A stretch of DNA of 63,354 nucleotides, filler included, from Pelomyxa schiedti (taxonomy: Eukaryota > Protista > Evosea): the NCBI GenBank assembly GCA_020536535.1. It is 8 parts of 8 records of this genome, joined end to end, with 100 filler letters (N's around TTAATTAATTAA, not from the genome) between each part and the next. Parts side by side here need not be neighbours in the genome. Positions count along the whole stretch, not along the records: positions 1 to 21,290 come from JAHLWZ010000736.1; positions 21,391 to 25,107 come from JAHLWZ010001697.1; 6 more parts are not named here. The stretch is one strand, 5' to 3'. The notes beneath the pieces were generated by a model. The model had not been told where the DNA came from, did no database searches, and saw only the letters and a list, made by a program, of their open reading frames with translations. The translations under genes were made by a program, and so were the position numbers. Shown piece after piece: positions 11,834 through 24,300 of the stretch; within the stretch, counting starts at the first letter, position 1; the number at the start of each line of letters is the position of its first letter.

Positions 11834-13213
11834 TCAAAATTGAAAATTAGTGGTGAAAGGAACTGCTCTCACATTGCAGATTGGCACCACACCATCATGC
11901 CACATTGTGAGTATCCTCACACCACTCACGGCATCGTTGAACGAGTGCTGTGTCTGGTGCCTGTTGACAGTATCTTCTGCAGTTGTCCTGTGAACCGAAG
12001 AATCAGAAACAACAAGCCCACAGCCAACAGCAACACGCATTGTAGCAGGGGGATGGTGATGGACATAGCACGGAACCAAGGGGTTCGTTGTTGAAAGTGG
12101 GTCATACACAGTGGTGGTGCCATGGTCTGATGCTGTCAGTGCGAGGTGGGACTCGTCCACAGTGCTCACTGCAACAGTCACATTGTGAGTCCTCCAGGGT
12201 GTGGTGAGACCAGTACTCAAATGCAGAAACTGATGCACTTTGGGCCTCCTTATTCCGGGTGTTGAGTGCAGGAAGTGGTAGGACCTGTCACTCCTCCTGA
12301 CAAGGGGTTTGTGAGGAAATGGGTACTTGGATGAAGTTGTGTTTTTGCATTCTATGACTGCATCCAGGGGTAGCAACCCATTTTCCAGTGAAGAATGAAT
12401 GGCAGTTGAGTCGGCCAGGTTTAGATTAAGCACACAAATGAACTCTGATACTCCCCTCCTCTCTGTTGGATCCCTTTTCTCACGTGTGAATAATATCTCA
12501 ATTTCATCACACTGGTTGTAATCGTACTCACTGTGAGAACCAAAGAACCTGAGGCCAAATGGCTTGTCAATCCATGGGCAATCAAACGCACACAACTCAG
12601 GAAGCTGAGGAACACTGTCAACAACCTTCCAAACATGCAGCTTCTTCCTTCTGTTGGTCAGAGCAACTGCCCACCTCAAATTGCAACAGCACATGAATTC
12701 AGGTCTATCCACTCCTTCTGAGTATTCCCTCATTAGCAACGCCAAATGTTTCCTGGATCCAGTGTCAAAAACCCTGAGCTCGGAGTACCCTCCCGGGTCG
12801 CCGGGCTTCTGCTCCAGGACATTATGGGATCCCAGCCACCCACAGAACAGCCAAGGGAGTGGCTCGACAACAACAGGCCGGCCAATGACCCCAAGCGTGT
12901 GAGACACAACAAAAAGCACGTCCTCCCTCGACCTCCCAAATGAGGATTCACTTGGACTTGTGACTGAAACTGAAGACGGCGGAGGCGGAGAACGCGCGAA
13001 CCGTATGATTATGGGCCTGGCTGGCCTGAGGACCCAAGTTGGACCCAGCAGATCTGCGAGGATGGGGACCGGGAGGAGACGCGCCCACGACGACGACGAA
13101 GAGGCGCACCGCGGGACGAGGGACGCGCAGGCAAGTGCTGTCAGTTGCTGCCGGGCATCGATGTCAATTCTGACATCCATGCCGAAGACCGAGCCGCCGT
13201 CTTGCAGCCTCAT
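11834..13213 (-). CDS. Intronless hypothetical protein (~459 aa) of the lineage-expanded family with N-terminal F-box-like motif
   Basis: Long uninterrupted ORF; ARQQLTALACASLVPRC...ARLLPVPILADLL and CNLRWAV motifs. Confidence 0.75.
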   Translation of the reverse strand: MRLQDGGSVFGMDVRIDIDARQQLTALACASLVPRCASSSSSWARLLPVPILADLLGPTWVLRPARPIIIRFARSPPPPSSVSVTSPSESSFGRSREDVLFVVSHTLGVIGRPVVVEPLPWLFCGWLGSHNVLEQKPGDPGGYSELRVFDTGSRKHLALLMREYSEGVDRPEFMCCCNLRWAVALTNRRKKLHVWKVVDSVPQLPELCAFDCPWIDKPFGLRFFGSHSEYDYNQCDEIEILFTREKRDPTERRGVSEFICVLNLNLADSTAIHSSLENGLLPLDAVIECKNTTSSKYPFPHKPLVRRSDRSYHFLHSTPGIRRPKVHQFLHLSTGLTTPWRTHNVTVAVSTVDESHLALTASDHGTTTVYDPLSTTNPLVPCYVHHHPPATMRVAVGCGLVVSDSSVHRTTAEDTVNRHQTQHSFNDAVSGVRILTMWHDGVVPICNVRAVPFTTNFQF

Positions 13214-13307
13214 CCCCACCAAGATCGAGTTCGTTATTGGTTTTGTGATCTTCGTGGAAACAACTCAAAGAAAGAAAAAAACAAACAGAGAATCGAGAGG
13301 TCAGGTG

Positions 13308-14618
13308 ATGTGGCGAAAGGTGTTGTACAACGACTACGATGAGAGTCGCAGATCCGGCGACGACGGCGACACGGCGGGAGAGTACCCCGACACCTACATA
13401 GATACAAAGACGTTTCTTATCGGTCTCGTGCAGAACGGTTGGCTGCTTTTTTTTGTGTGGTTTTTTTGTTGGCACTCCCTCTTTTTTTGTTTTAAGAGCT
13501 TTCCTTGCAGCGACGAGCAAGAGGTATAACTACCTCGAAATTGTGGCACAGAGCACTATTGTTGCTCAACAGGTTTTCTTTTATTTTTATTTTTTTGGAA
13601 CGGTAATCTGTGATGTTCTTGTTAATGTTATTTTTATTTTGATTCAATGAGAACCCCAGTTTTTCCTGGATTGGTGATCTGATTAGGTGAGCACCGTGGC
13701 TGCTTTCACAGGGGTATATGTTCACTTGACCAACTATTCTTTAACTGTGGGGACACTTATTGCTGTCGATTTTGTTCTTCTCGCGATTGGAACCATAATT
13801 ACAGCCATGAATGATCCGCACTTTGATTGTGAGTCACTTTTTTTCCTTTTAATCGCAGTAACTCCTCCAAAAGGTAGTTTTAGAAACCTACTTTGTTACT
13901 GTCGTCCCTTTGGAATTCTCTTCTCGGGGCTTTACTGTCTGTCACCAATTATTTCCACGCTCACAGCGTCATTCAGCAGTGACACCATCCACACCACGAG
14001 TGCATTATTGCTCATTTTACACCTGTTTTCTTACCGGTATGCTGGATATCTTCAGGTTCAAAGTGATCCCACGTACGTTCCCATGCTTCTTTCTTTTCTG
14101 AAAGGTTTTGTCTCATAACTGCCAAGAGGGATGCCACCGATTTTTAGCGCGGTGGCAACGAGTGCGGTTATATTTGCTTGCATTTTGTTGTCATCACAAC
14201 TTCCCACTCATGTGCACACCTTTGGGTTTCTGCTGTACTCTGTCCTCACCTTTGTTCTTTTCCCCGTCACGCGGTACTATCTCCGAGCAAACCAGGTTCC
14301 GCCACTTTCTTTTCTTTTATTATTAACCTTATCATGAAAATAAAACCACCAGAAATCCCAGTCACGCAGCGTTCTTGTATCGGTGCTGATATTCTTCTGC
14401 ACTGTTGCCCTCCTCCTTCCTCTGTCACCGGTTGTCACCGGCGCCTACATCCTCGCCATCCTGTTCATATGCCTGTGTTGTCCCTTCTGGCTCATGCACA
14501 TCCAGAAGTACAAATTGTATGCTCCCCATCCCAGCCCTAAAAAGCATCTCCTCACAAAACACACAGTGAAATCAATGGACCCTGGGATGAAGCAATACCA
14601 CATTGTCACATTTACTGA
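13308..14618 (+). CDS. PIGC: GPI-GlcNAc transferase subunit C (PIG-C/GPI2)
   Basis: N-terminal WRKVLY...YPDTYID..FL, LSPIISTLTASFSSDTI, several TM segments, C-terminal IQKYK-EINGPWDEA. Confidence 0.92.
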
Positions 14619-14716
14619 AACAAAGTAAAAAAAAGAAATTTTGGTGAACAGCATAAAACTTTTGTTGAGTGGGTTTTTCCGGGTAGAATGAAGTGAGCAC
14701 TTTTGGGTAATGGTTT

Positions 14717-17700
14717 TTACCTGTACTCGCGCTCGAGTGTTGCAAGTTCAGCAAGGAAGTCAACAACGCGAACTGCGGTGCGCTGCACGTTCTCCCTGTA
14801 ACAGTGCCGGTAAGTAAATCACGTGTGGCGAGTTGGCGTGTGCGGTAATTTGTTGTTGGTGTGTGTTTTGTTTGGGTAATGTGGGAGACAGGGGGTTGTT
14901 TTGGTTTGTTTTTTAACCTGGAGCGGATATTGATGGTGTTGTTGTCTTGTTCTTCTTTGCCGACAACGACGATGAAGTTGTACTGGCTGAGCTGGGCCTC
15001 GCGGACCTTCTTCTGGAGTGAGCGGTCAGTGTCATCAACATCGACGTAGAAATGCGCTTCATGGAACATGCTGGCAACCTGTGAGGGGAATTAGTCATTA
15101 AGTTCGCGAAAGCGGGCGCGAGCAGATACTTTGTGGGCGTAGGCACAGTACTGCTCCGACACGGGAAGCACAACAACTTGCCTTGGTGAGATCCAGAAAG
15201 GCCTGCAAAGAGTCACGTTAGAAGGTTTAAACTAGAGGAAGATGGAATTGGGTCACCATTTGCCTGCAAGATGTTCAGTAAGAATACCAATAAACCTTTC
15301 CAAAGACCCAAGGATTGCCCTGTGAACCATCACTGGTCGCTCGACCTTTCCTTCCTCAGCTGACATGTACTGTGATTTTGTAAGGTTATCACTAAATCAT
15401 GGTTCTTTGGACTTTACCTGAAGGTCAAACTTGATTGGCAGCTGGAAATCAAGCTGGATTGTGGCACATTGGAAGAACCTATCAAGGGCGTCCTTGATGT
15501 GAACATCGATCTTTGGACCGTAGAAGGCACCATCACCAGGGTTAATTTTCCATGGAAGACCACTTTCCTCAAGAACGGCTTTTAGTTCCTGGAGAACACG
15601 TGAGATGTTTTTCAAGTGTTTAAAGCTGAGGCTCACCGATTCGGCCTTGTCCCAAACGGCAATTTCACCCATGAACTTGGCGGGTCTTGTGGAGAGCTCC
15701 AAATGGACATCAAAGTGGAAAGTGTGATACACAAACTTCACGAAATCAAAAGCACCAGCAACTTCTTGCCTGATCTGATTTTTCCCAGTTAGCAACAGCG
15801 TTACATAATGTGTGTCCACTTACTTGATCTGCTCTGCAGAAAATGTGTGCATCATCTTGCTCGAATCGTCTCACTCGGGTCAACCCATGTAGAGCACCTG
15901 CCAGTTCGTTCCTGTGTAAGACACCGAACTCTGCCATCCTGGAAGAGGTCAGATTCTTTTGTTTGAGGAAGAAAACACTGTCGGACCTTATTGGCAACTC
16001 GCGGTAAGACCTGACTCTGTTGAGATACACCAAGCAATGTCCTGGGCAGTTCATTGGTTTGAGTGCCCATGGAACGCCATCACACTCGAGGGTGAACATG
16101 CAGTCCTGGTAGTGTGCCCAGTGGCCTGAGGTCTCCCATAGTTTGCTCATGTACAAGTTGGGTGTGAGGACTTCTTCATATCCACGTTGGTGGTATTGAC
16201 CCTGAAGTAAAATGTGAGACCCGGTACCGATTTCATGTTTTGTGCTTCATACCCTCACAAAGTCCATGAGTTTTCGATATATCCTATAGCCATGTGGCTG
16301 GAAAAAGGCACTGCCAGGGCTCCACGGGTGGAAGAAGTACAATTCTTGTTGCTGGATTTCAGGTTACTTGTGCAATCACATGGAGAAAGGGAATCTACTT
16401 TTCCAATGACCCTGTGGTCTCGGAGAGCGGCCTGTTTCAATTTTTCATTGTGCACCTCCAGTTGCTCCTTAGTGGGGAAGGAAACGGCATAAATGCGCTG
16501 CAGTACGTCACCATCTGTTTTACCATCGACGTAAACAGAGCAAGTCTGCAACAGATTAGAATTTAAGGCACACAATTAAGAGAAGAACGCACCGAGTTGA
16601 GAGAAAATCCTTGTGGCAAGCCAGTGTGCAGAATATGTGGGCCACGGCACAAGTCAATAAGTTGACCACACCTGGTTATTGAATTATTTGAGTGCCTATT
16701 CTATTCTATTCCCCTTACTTGTAGGCGGAAATCTTTTCACCATCGGGTGTCTTGTTTATTATTGCCAGTTTGTACTTGTTATACTGAATGCTTCCGGTAA
16801 GAGCTTTCTGTTAAAAAAGAAAGGGAGACAGTACATGGAACATTTGGGCTGCCTGTTCCTTGGTGATTTCAATCCTGATAAATGGGTGCTTTTGCTTGAC
16901 AATACCCTTGATATTGGAAAGAATATCCTTGAAATCGGAGGCAGAGACTTGAGTGTCCTCGGCGGTCTTAATGTCGTAGAAGAAATCTTTCTCAGTTGGG
17001 GGACCAACATTCAGAAGGCAGTTGTATCTGGGTGCAACTTAGGAGATAAAAGTGCAAGAGGAAAACAAATATTCGTGATTACCTCTTCTCCAGAGCAAAA
17101 CCAAGGATGTGGGCACTTGAATGCCAGAACACGTGTTTGCCTTCCTCAGTGTCAAACGGGATAAGCTCCAACACACATGCAGTCTCAATTGGGCGTGTGA
17201 GGTCCCAGAGGTCATTATTCACCTTGGATATGTAAGATCACACTGGGGCGGACTGAGGTACGTACTTTGGCGACGACTGCACAATTGATCACATCTTCAG
17301 TCCAGGCACTTTTTGGCATTGTCCCAATCTGGTCTGTGTTACAAAAAGCAGTACACAGAATTTGGGGAGGTACCTTCTTTACAACTTGAAGAGGAGACAG
17401 CTCGTAAGAGAAGCACTGCACTATAACCGGTTCTACTGGGGGAGCAGGGGTGCTTGGAGTGGTGGATTCAGTGCCTGGAGTCGGTTTCGGAACAACCCAC
17501 TTTGGAGGTAAAACTTTCACCTCAATGGGTGTCTTTGGGCGAGCCTCAATTTCAGCTACATAAGCTACTCTCAACTAAAGAAATAACACATAATGTGAGA
17601 TAAAGAGAAGGAATTTGCTTTGTGCGATAAGAACAAAGTAGTACCTGCTCGAAGAGTTCATTCCTTGCGGCCCAGAAAGGTGGAGTCGCTTCAGCGCGAG

Positions 17701-17938
17701 CCCTGGCGGCAGCTGCTGCGGCCTGAGCTTCGGCCGAAGGAGGCGCCTTCTCGGCTTTTGGCTTCGCGGCAGGAGGCGGCTTTGTGCCGGACTTCTTCGC
17801 GGGCCGGTTGGAACTCACGGGCTTTGCTTCTGCGTCGGCTTTTGGTGCCTCGGCTTTTGGTGCGGCGGTTTCGGCTGGCTTTTCTACTGGCGGGCCCTGG
17901 GGTGCCGATGACGGGGGAGCTGGATTTTGATCTGCCAT
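14717..17938 (-). CDS. TARS1: Cytosolic threonyl-tRNA synthetase (multi-exon)
   Basis: [86 protein letters not shown], anticodon-binding domain. Confidence 0.97.
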
Positions 17939-18314
17939 TTATTGTGTCTCTCTCCTACTTTGTTGTTGCACGACACGGCGTTAATACAATAGTGAGATCT
18001 CGCGTTGATTGCGAACTCCGTTTTATTAAAAAACTGTTGGTGTTTGATTTCTTTTTCTGTTTTGTTCTAACCAAATGAGCCGGGCTCGGCTGTCTACCAC
18101 CTTTAAATGAACGAGGGAAAATTAAAACAAAAAGACGTAAGATAATGTTCCGGAATTGATCGCTTCCAAGACTCTATCTCAACAACAAAAGTCAGAAACG
18201 TACCCTGCAGGGGATTGCTGTAAAAACTCGGTGGAATTGGTGCCCTTCCTCTTCTTCTGAGAGTCAAGGGTTCAGGCCTTATGATTGAATCAACTGTGTT
18301 GAATTGGTTGTTGG

Positions 18315-19130
18315 ATGGGCTGGGACCCAAGTCGATCAATGGAACCAATGAAGATCCCGACAGATGTGGTGTATGTGTCAAACCTTCAGTTCCACAGTGT
18401 AACTTGGGACACCACCCGCGCGCCTTGCGGAATTGCATTTGATCTGGCCAACACACTTGTGACTCAGAACACATCTGGGGGTTCATGGAAGACAATTCTG
18501 GGCTCTGAGGGTTGGTCAGAAGGCAACCACTACTGGTCAGTAAAAGTGGTGTGTGTTCCATGAATATATATATGTATATTCGCTTCCAATTATCCAAAAC
18601 AAATTTAAAATTAAAATGAAAATGGATATACCTAATGACAAAACAGGTGGATGCTGGGCCAACTAAGCATGTTATGATTGGAGTGTGTGACGCTTCATTT
18701 GGTGGGATGTTCACCACCAATCATTATCCTGGAATCAAGACTGATGGTGTTTCATATCACTTGGGAAGTGGCCATGCATACAGGCAGGGAACCAATGCTG
18801 CTTTTGGGTCAGCATATGGAACAGGATACGAAATTGGAGTGCTTCTCAACATGACTCACAAGACCTGCACATTTTTTGTGAATGGGCAACGGGTGTGCTG
18901 TTAGAAGTACAAGAATAAGGAATAACCTCCTAATATTGAGTTATTTGGTTAGATGATAATTTAGTATAAATAAGTGCTTATTTACCTCTATTGTACGGAG
19001 TACCTAACCAACACAGATGGGAACTGCAGCAGGAGCTGATGTGCTTACAGGAAGAACATACTTCCCAGCTGTTGCACTTCTTGAACTTGGTGCCACTGTT
19101 GCATCACTGCCCCCTGGCCAAAAGTGCTAG
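18315..19130 (+). CDS. SPRY/B30.2-domain protein
   Basis: GWSEGNHYWSVKV, VMIGV, GYEIGVLLNM...CTFFVNG, YFPAVAL; two GT-AG introns; start uncertain. Confidence 0.8.
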
Positions 19131-19217
19131 AAAATTGGAGGCAAACCAATGCAATGTAATTTTCTTTTTTGTTATTGGTAGGGATTTTTGCATTTTTTTT
19201 GACTGTATCTGTCAGTG

Positions 19218-20011
19218 TCATTCATCCTCCCGGTGTGTTATAACATTGGGCTTCTTCTTCCACAATTGTGGCGGCACCAAGGATTTGGAAGCCCCGGTTG
19301 TTGCCAATGTGTGTTTGTCTGGGGAAGTGAATGTGAGGTCATAAGCCGGTGCTGTGAATGATGGAACCTCAGTGAATGAACCGGAGTCAGAGTGTGACGA
19401 TGAGAAGAACGAAGACAGAGGCGGAAGTGGTGCGGTTTTGGGCTTCTTCGTGGATGCCGATTGTGGGATTGGCGACGGATTGGCCGGCGGTGGAGCCGCG
19501 GGGTGATTATGGGACGGGGAGTTGTTTGTGTCAATGGAGGGGGGCGCGGGCCCCAGGGTGTCCATTGAATTGATGTCCTCAGGGGTTACAGTGCCCTGCG
19601 GGCAGCGTTTTCTTGGTGTTGTGGCTGTGGTTGATGTTTGTGGGTGTGAGGGTGCTTCTTGTGAGGCGTCGTTGGTTGATTTTTGTGTGATTTTAGAAAC
19701 AGCAGTGTTGTTCGGTTGTGATGCAGTGTGGTCTTCTATGTCTGCATAGTCACAAATCAGGGAAAAAGAAAAAACAACGAGCACAACTTTGGCAAAGGTA
19801 GGGGCAACTTTTAAAACAAAAAAAATTTGACATTACATCTCTTTCTTAAACGAAACATAAAACAAATTAAAATGACAATCAATATGTTAATTTTGGTAGG
19901 CAACAACAACAACAACAACAACACACAGTGATCGTCATCGTCGTCATAACCACTTAATAACCCCAACGACGACGTTGTTGTCGTACTAGTAGTACCGCCA
20001 CCAACGCTCAT
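19218..20011 (-). CDS. Hypothetical low-complexity protein (probably two exons)
   Basis: SLGLLSGYDDDDD N-terminal exon and a P/S/T-rich exon ending LVPPQLWKKKPNVIT. Confidence 0.5.
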
Positions 20012-20262
20012 CACCTCTCGTCGTCGTTATCCTAACTACCTGATTTGATGGGAAACGTCACGTAACTGGGTGGAGATAGTTTGGAAAACTTGAAAAAAAG
20101 CACCACGCGAATGGAGGGAAAGGAAGATCAGAGTGGGGAGAGGGGTAGAAGTGGAAACCGTGTGATACTCAGATAACAATTTCGATCTGTTAATTTTTCT
20201 TCGTTTATAATTTCTGTAGATCTGTTGTTGGAACGAAAAACAAAACCAAAGTGCAGGGGAGT

Positions 20263-20618
20263 GATGTCGGACATACTATCGGACGAGGACGACACCGAAA
20301 AACCGACGACATCTACCAAACAGTCGTTGGTAAAGAAAACCCCTGCTCGTGAACCCCCAAAATCGAAGTCGAAATCCCGTGCGTGTCAAACTCATTGTGT
20401 TTTCACTTTGCTATTTGAATTACATACATAATTATGTCAAGGAGTAGTGCCTTTTGCATACAAATTCTAAGAGTCTTAATGGAAGTAACCAATGATCTAG
20501 CGGGAAGGAATGACGGACCTCTGTCCGATGTGAGATTGTACATTGTGGGCGTACCTGCCAACGGAACTGATGTAAAACCCAAAGACTATTCTCAGATAGT
20601 AACAAACTTGGGCGGCAA
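20263..20618 (+). CDS. 5' fragment of a BRCT-domain protein, truncated by gap
   Basis: MSDILSDEDD... then GPLSDVRLYIVG...YSQIVTNLGG, resembling the start of a BRCT domain. Confidence 0.5.
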
Positions 20619-20718
20619 NNNNNNNNNNNNNNNNNNNNNNNNNNNNNNNNNNNNNNNNNNNNNNNNNNNNNNNNNNNNNNNNNNNNNNNNNNNNNNNNNN
20701 NNNNNNNNNNNNNNNNNN

Positions 20719-21290
20719 AGTGCCTGGAGTCGGTTTCGGAACAACCCACTTTGGAGGTAAAACTTTCACCTCAATGGGTGTCTTTGGGCGAGCCTCAATT
20801 TCAGCTACATAAGCTACTCTCAACTAAAGAAATAACACAGAATGTGAGATAAAGGGAAGGAATTTGCTTTGTGCAATAAGAACAAAGTAGTACCTGCTCG
20901 AAGAGTTCATTCCTTGCGGCCCAGAAAGGTGGAGTAGCTTCAGCGCGAGCCCTGGCGGCAGCTGCTGCGGCCTGAGCTTCGGCCGAAGGAGGTGCCTTCT
21001 CGGCTTTTGGCTTCGCGGCAGGAGGCGGCTTTGTGCCGGACTTCTTCGCGGGCCGGTTGGAACTCACGGGCTTTGCTTCTGCGTCGGCTTTTGGTGGCTC
21101 GGCTTTTGGTGCGGCGGTTTCGGCTGGCTTTTCTACTGGCGGGGGTGCCGATGACGGGGGATTTTGATCTGCCATTTATTGTGTCTCGCTCCTACTTTGT
21201 TGTTGCACGACACGGCGTTAATACGATAGTGAGATCTCGCGTTGATTGCTAACTCCGTTTTATAAATTATTATTTCTGTTGGCGTTTGAT
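20719..21290 (-). repeat. Second, near-identical copy of the ThrRS 5' region (17470-~18050); likely alternative haplotype
   Basis: Near identity including intron and upstream sequence, two 6-bp in-frame indels and a few SNPs; bounded by a gap and a contig spacer. Confidence 0.85.
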
Positions 21291-21390
21291 NNNNNNNNNN
21301 NNNNNNNNNNNNNNNNNNNNNNNNNNNNNNNNNNTTAATTAATTAANNNNNNNNNNNNNNNNNNNNNNNNNNNNNNNNNNNNNNNNNNNN
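21291..21390. other. Artificial contig spacer N..TTAATTAATTAA..N; also at 25108-25207, 52282-52381, 53957-54056, 56948-57047, 59165-59264, 61028-61127
   Basis: The same 100-nt construct, carrying stop codons in all six frames, occurs seven times. Confidence 0.97.
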
Positions 21391-24300
21391 CCGCGATCTT
21401 TAGTACTGATGATTTGGGAAGGACTGCACGACAGGATCTTAGTTATCCTGATGATATCAGGTTTTCAAATATTTCAACATTTAATTTCTGAGTCACTCTC
21501 TGGCAAGCAACTATCTCCATTATTCTCGGGACAGTGGAAAATTTGTCATCCGGTTGGATTGAAGGTGTAACCATTCTGGCAGCAGTTGTTGTAGTTGTGT
21601 GTGTTGCTGCAATCAATGTGAGTTTGCCCAAACCAAATATCCTACAACTACTCACAACCCCAAAGGATCATTCCGTACAACTCCGGCTCCAAAAGCACAA
21701 TGAACGCAAGAACGAGAAACTCATCAAGGTAAGTCCTGGGTCACATGCACATGCACGCGATCACTTTCATTTGAATAGGTTATCAGAGATGGGGAACTGG
21801 AACAAATCAGCATTTACGATGTTAGAGTGGGAGACATCGTTGCACTGGATGCAGGTGACACCATTTGTGCTGATGGAATATTGCTCTCAGGACATGGTAT
21901 TCCGCCATTTCTTCGCAAAGTCACATTAGTGTCGCATTTACTTCGAAACTCCGCAGGCCTCGTTGTCGATGAAGCCGTGATGACTGGTGAGTGTCAACCA
22001 TCGAAAAAAGGGCCCGAAGACCCTTTCCTCCTTTCATCAACTTGTATTGTTGGTGGAATTGGAAAGATGATGGTTATTTGCATTGGGTGTAATTCTCAGG
22101 TTTTGAAATTTCTTTGCCATTTCTTGATTCTATAATTCTATTCTCCACGTTCTCTTACCGCCGATTCAGGCAGGGAAAGTTCTCTCGTTTCTTCATCACC
22201 CTGTGGACGACACCCCTTTGCAGGACAAACTTGAGATTTTTGGTCACGGTTTGTGCGAATCCTCCTCTAATTTCTCTCATGACAATCAGACGTTGCCAAG
22301 TTCGGATTTGCTGTGGCCAGTTTGGTCTTGGTATATTTCATGACCCAATATTTTTTTTTCACATCTTCTGATAGGTATCTCTTTTCATCAAACTTGGGTT
22401 TCTCGTTTGTGAGTAGACTTTTAACTCCCGAACTTTTTTTTGTTCAAAACCACCAGATTTGGGATATCTCCCGCTGGATATCACCCTCCTCCTAAATCAT
22501 GCAATCAAGTACGTCCTCTTGTCTGTCACAATACTGGTAGTTGCAGTTCCTGAAGGCCTCCTTCCATTGTCCGTCACCACTTCCCTTGCATACAGCATGG
22601 TCAAGATGTTGAAAGAGAAGAATCTCTTGCGTAGATTGGAAGACTGTGAAACCATGGGTTGTTGTACAAGTAAGTTATCTTTTCGCCGATTTTGATTTCA
22701 CTACCACCACCACTTTTCTTCCAGCAATTTGCACTGGGAATGGTACCCTCACCATGAACAAAATGACCGTGATGAAGGTAAATCTTTCTCCACCGTGGTG
22801 GTTAATTTTTCCTTGACTTGGCAAATAGTTATGGGTGGCAGGTGCGAACTTTCAGAGTGTACCGGAAGTGAGATTGACTCAATGCGTGCAAGACCTCCTT
22901 GTCACTAGCATTGCTTGCAACTCCACTGCGTGTGAAATCAAAGGTGCTGCTTCTGGGGAACAGGTGCGGCACACCAATTCATTCCTCCATGCGTTTTAAT
23001 GCAGTCTTCGGTGAAGAAAGATTTTCAGTGGCAGTCCGATTGAGGCAGCATTGCTGAGATTTTGCCGGAGTATGAACGTTCCTTTTGAGCCCATCCAGGA
23101 GCGTAATCCAAGAATCTCCATGTATTTTCGTTGCACTCAGCGTAACACTTTATGGATCATCCTTTTCAAAAAGAGTTCCGTTTTCTTCCCCGCATAAATG
23201 CATGAGCTCCGCCGTTCAGAGGAATGGGAAACTTTGCCGGCTCACAAAAGGGAATTCTGATGTTATCATTGGACTCTGCACAAACGTCCTGCAAGAGGAC
23301 GGTTCGAAAATACCTCTTACAGAGGAATTCAAGGATCAAGTGAAGCAAGTTATTCAAACTTACACTGAGAATGATGGATTTATTTGTTATCGTGATCGCC
23401 CTAATCTCTCTTTGAAGGCTTGCACAGCATTGGGCTTGCTTACTGTGAGTGCGACAACGAGGAGGAATTTCGGGAGCACGAACAGCACATGACTCTCATT
23501 GCTGTTGCTGGTATTAAGGTACTCCAACACAGCAGGCATTTTGACTGTGTTGATACAAACTACAGGATCCAGTGAGACCAGAAGTTTCTGATGCTGTGAA
23601 GAGCTGCCAAGAGGCCGGCATTGTGGTTCGATTGGCCACTGGAGCTGGTGTGTTCACCCTCCACACCGCACAGACATTTCTTAATTCGCTTGCTTTAGAC
23701 CCAGAAACAGCCAAATCTCTTGCCCGAGAGTGCGGAATCCTCCAAGAAGGTGGCATTGTTGTCAAAGGGAATGATTACCGGGCAATGAGCGAAGAGCAGA
23801 GAATCGCTGTGACCCCAAATATATGTGTGAGTCGATTGAGAGAATGGGAGTGCACTCAACCTGGATTTAGGTCATGGCATCCTCATCTGCAGAAGATAAA
23901 TACATCCTTGTGAGAACACTGAAGGACCTTGGACATGTGGTGGCTGCAACGGGTGAGGGAACTTGTGACGTGCCGGCCACAAAGGTCTGCACATCGAGGA
24001 GCCTCTCCAAAATATCAACGAAATCACATCGCAGGAAGCCGATATTGGAATTAGCATGCAGACACTCAGCACCGAGGTGGTAAAACGGGCATCTGGAATT
24101 ACTCTGCTGGATGACGAGTTTCCTTCAATACTCAGGTTCTCATCATTTCTTTCTTCACACATTGGGAAAATTCTGATGCTTTCTATCTATCTGTCTATCC
24201 ATCAATTTAAGGGCAGTCCTGTGGGGAAGAAGTGTCTATGGTAATGCCAGAAAGTTCCTTCAGTTTCATCTCACTGTGAATTTTGTCAGTATCTTTTCAA

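Noticed and set aside
23377-23417. Possible non-canonical GA-AG intron in the P-type ATPase (and a TT donor option in DNMT2 near 27236)
   Set aside because: In-phase GT donors exist a few bases away in both cases, and the other junctions I checked are GT-AG; not supportable without RNA data.
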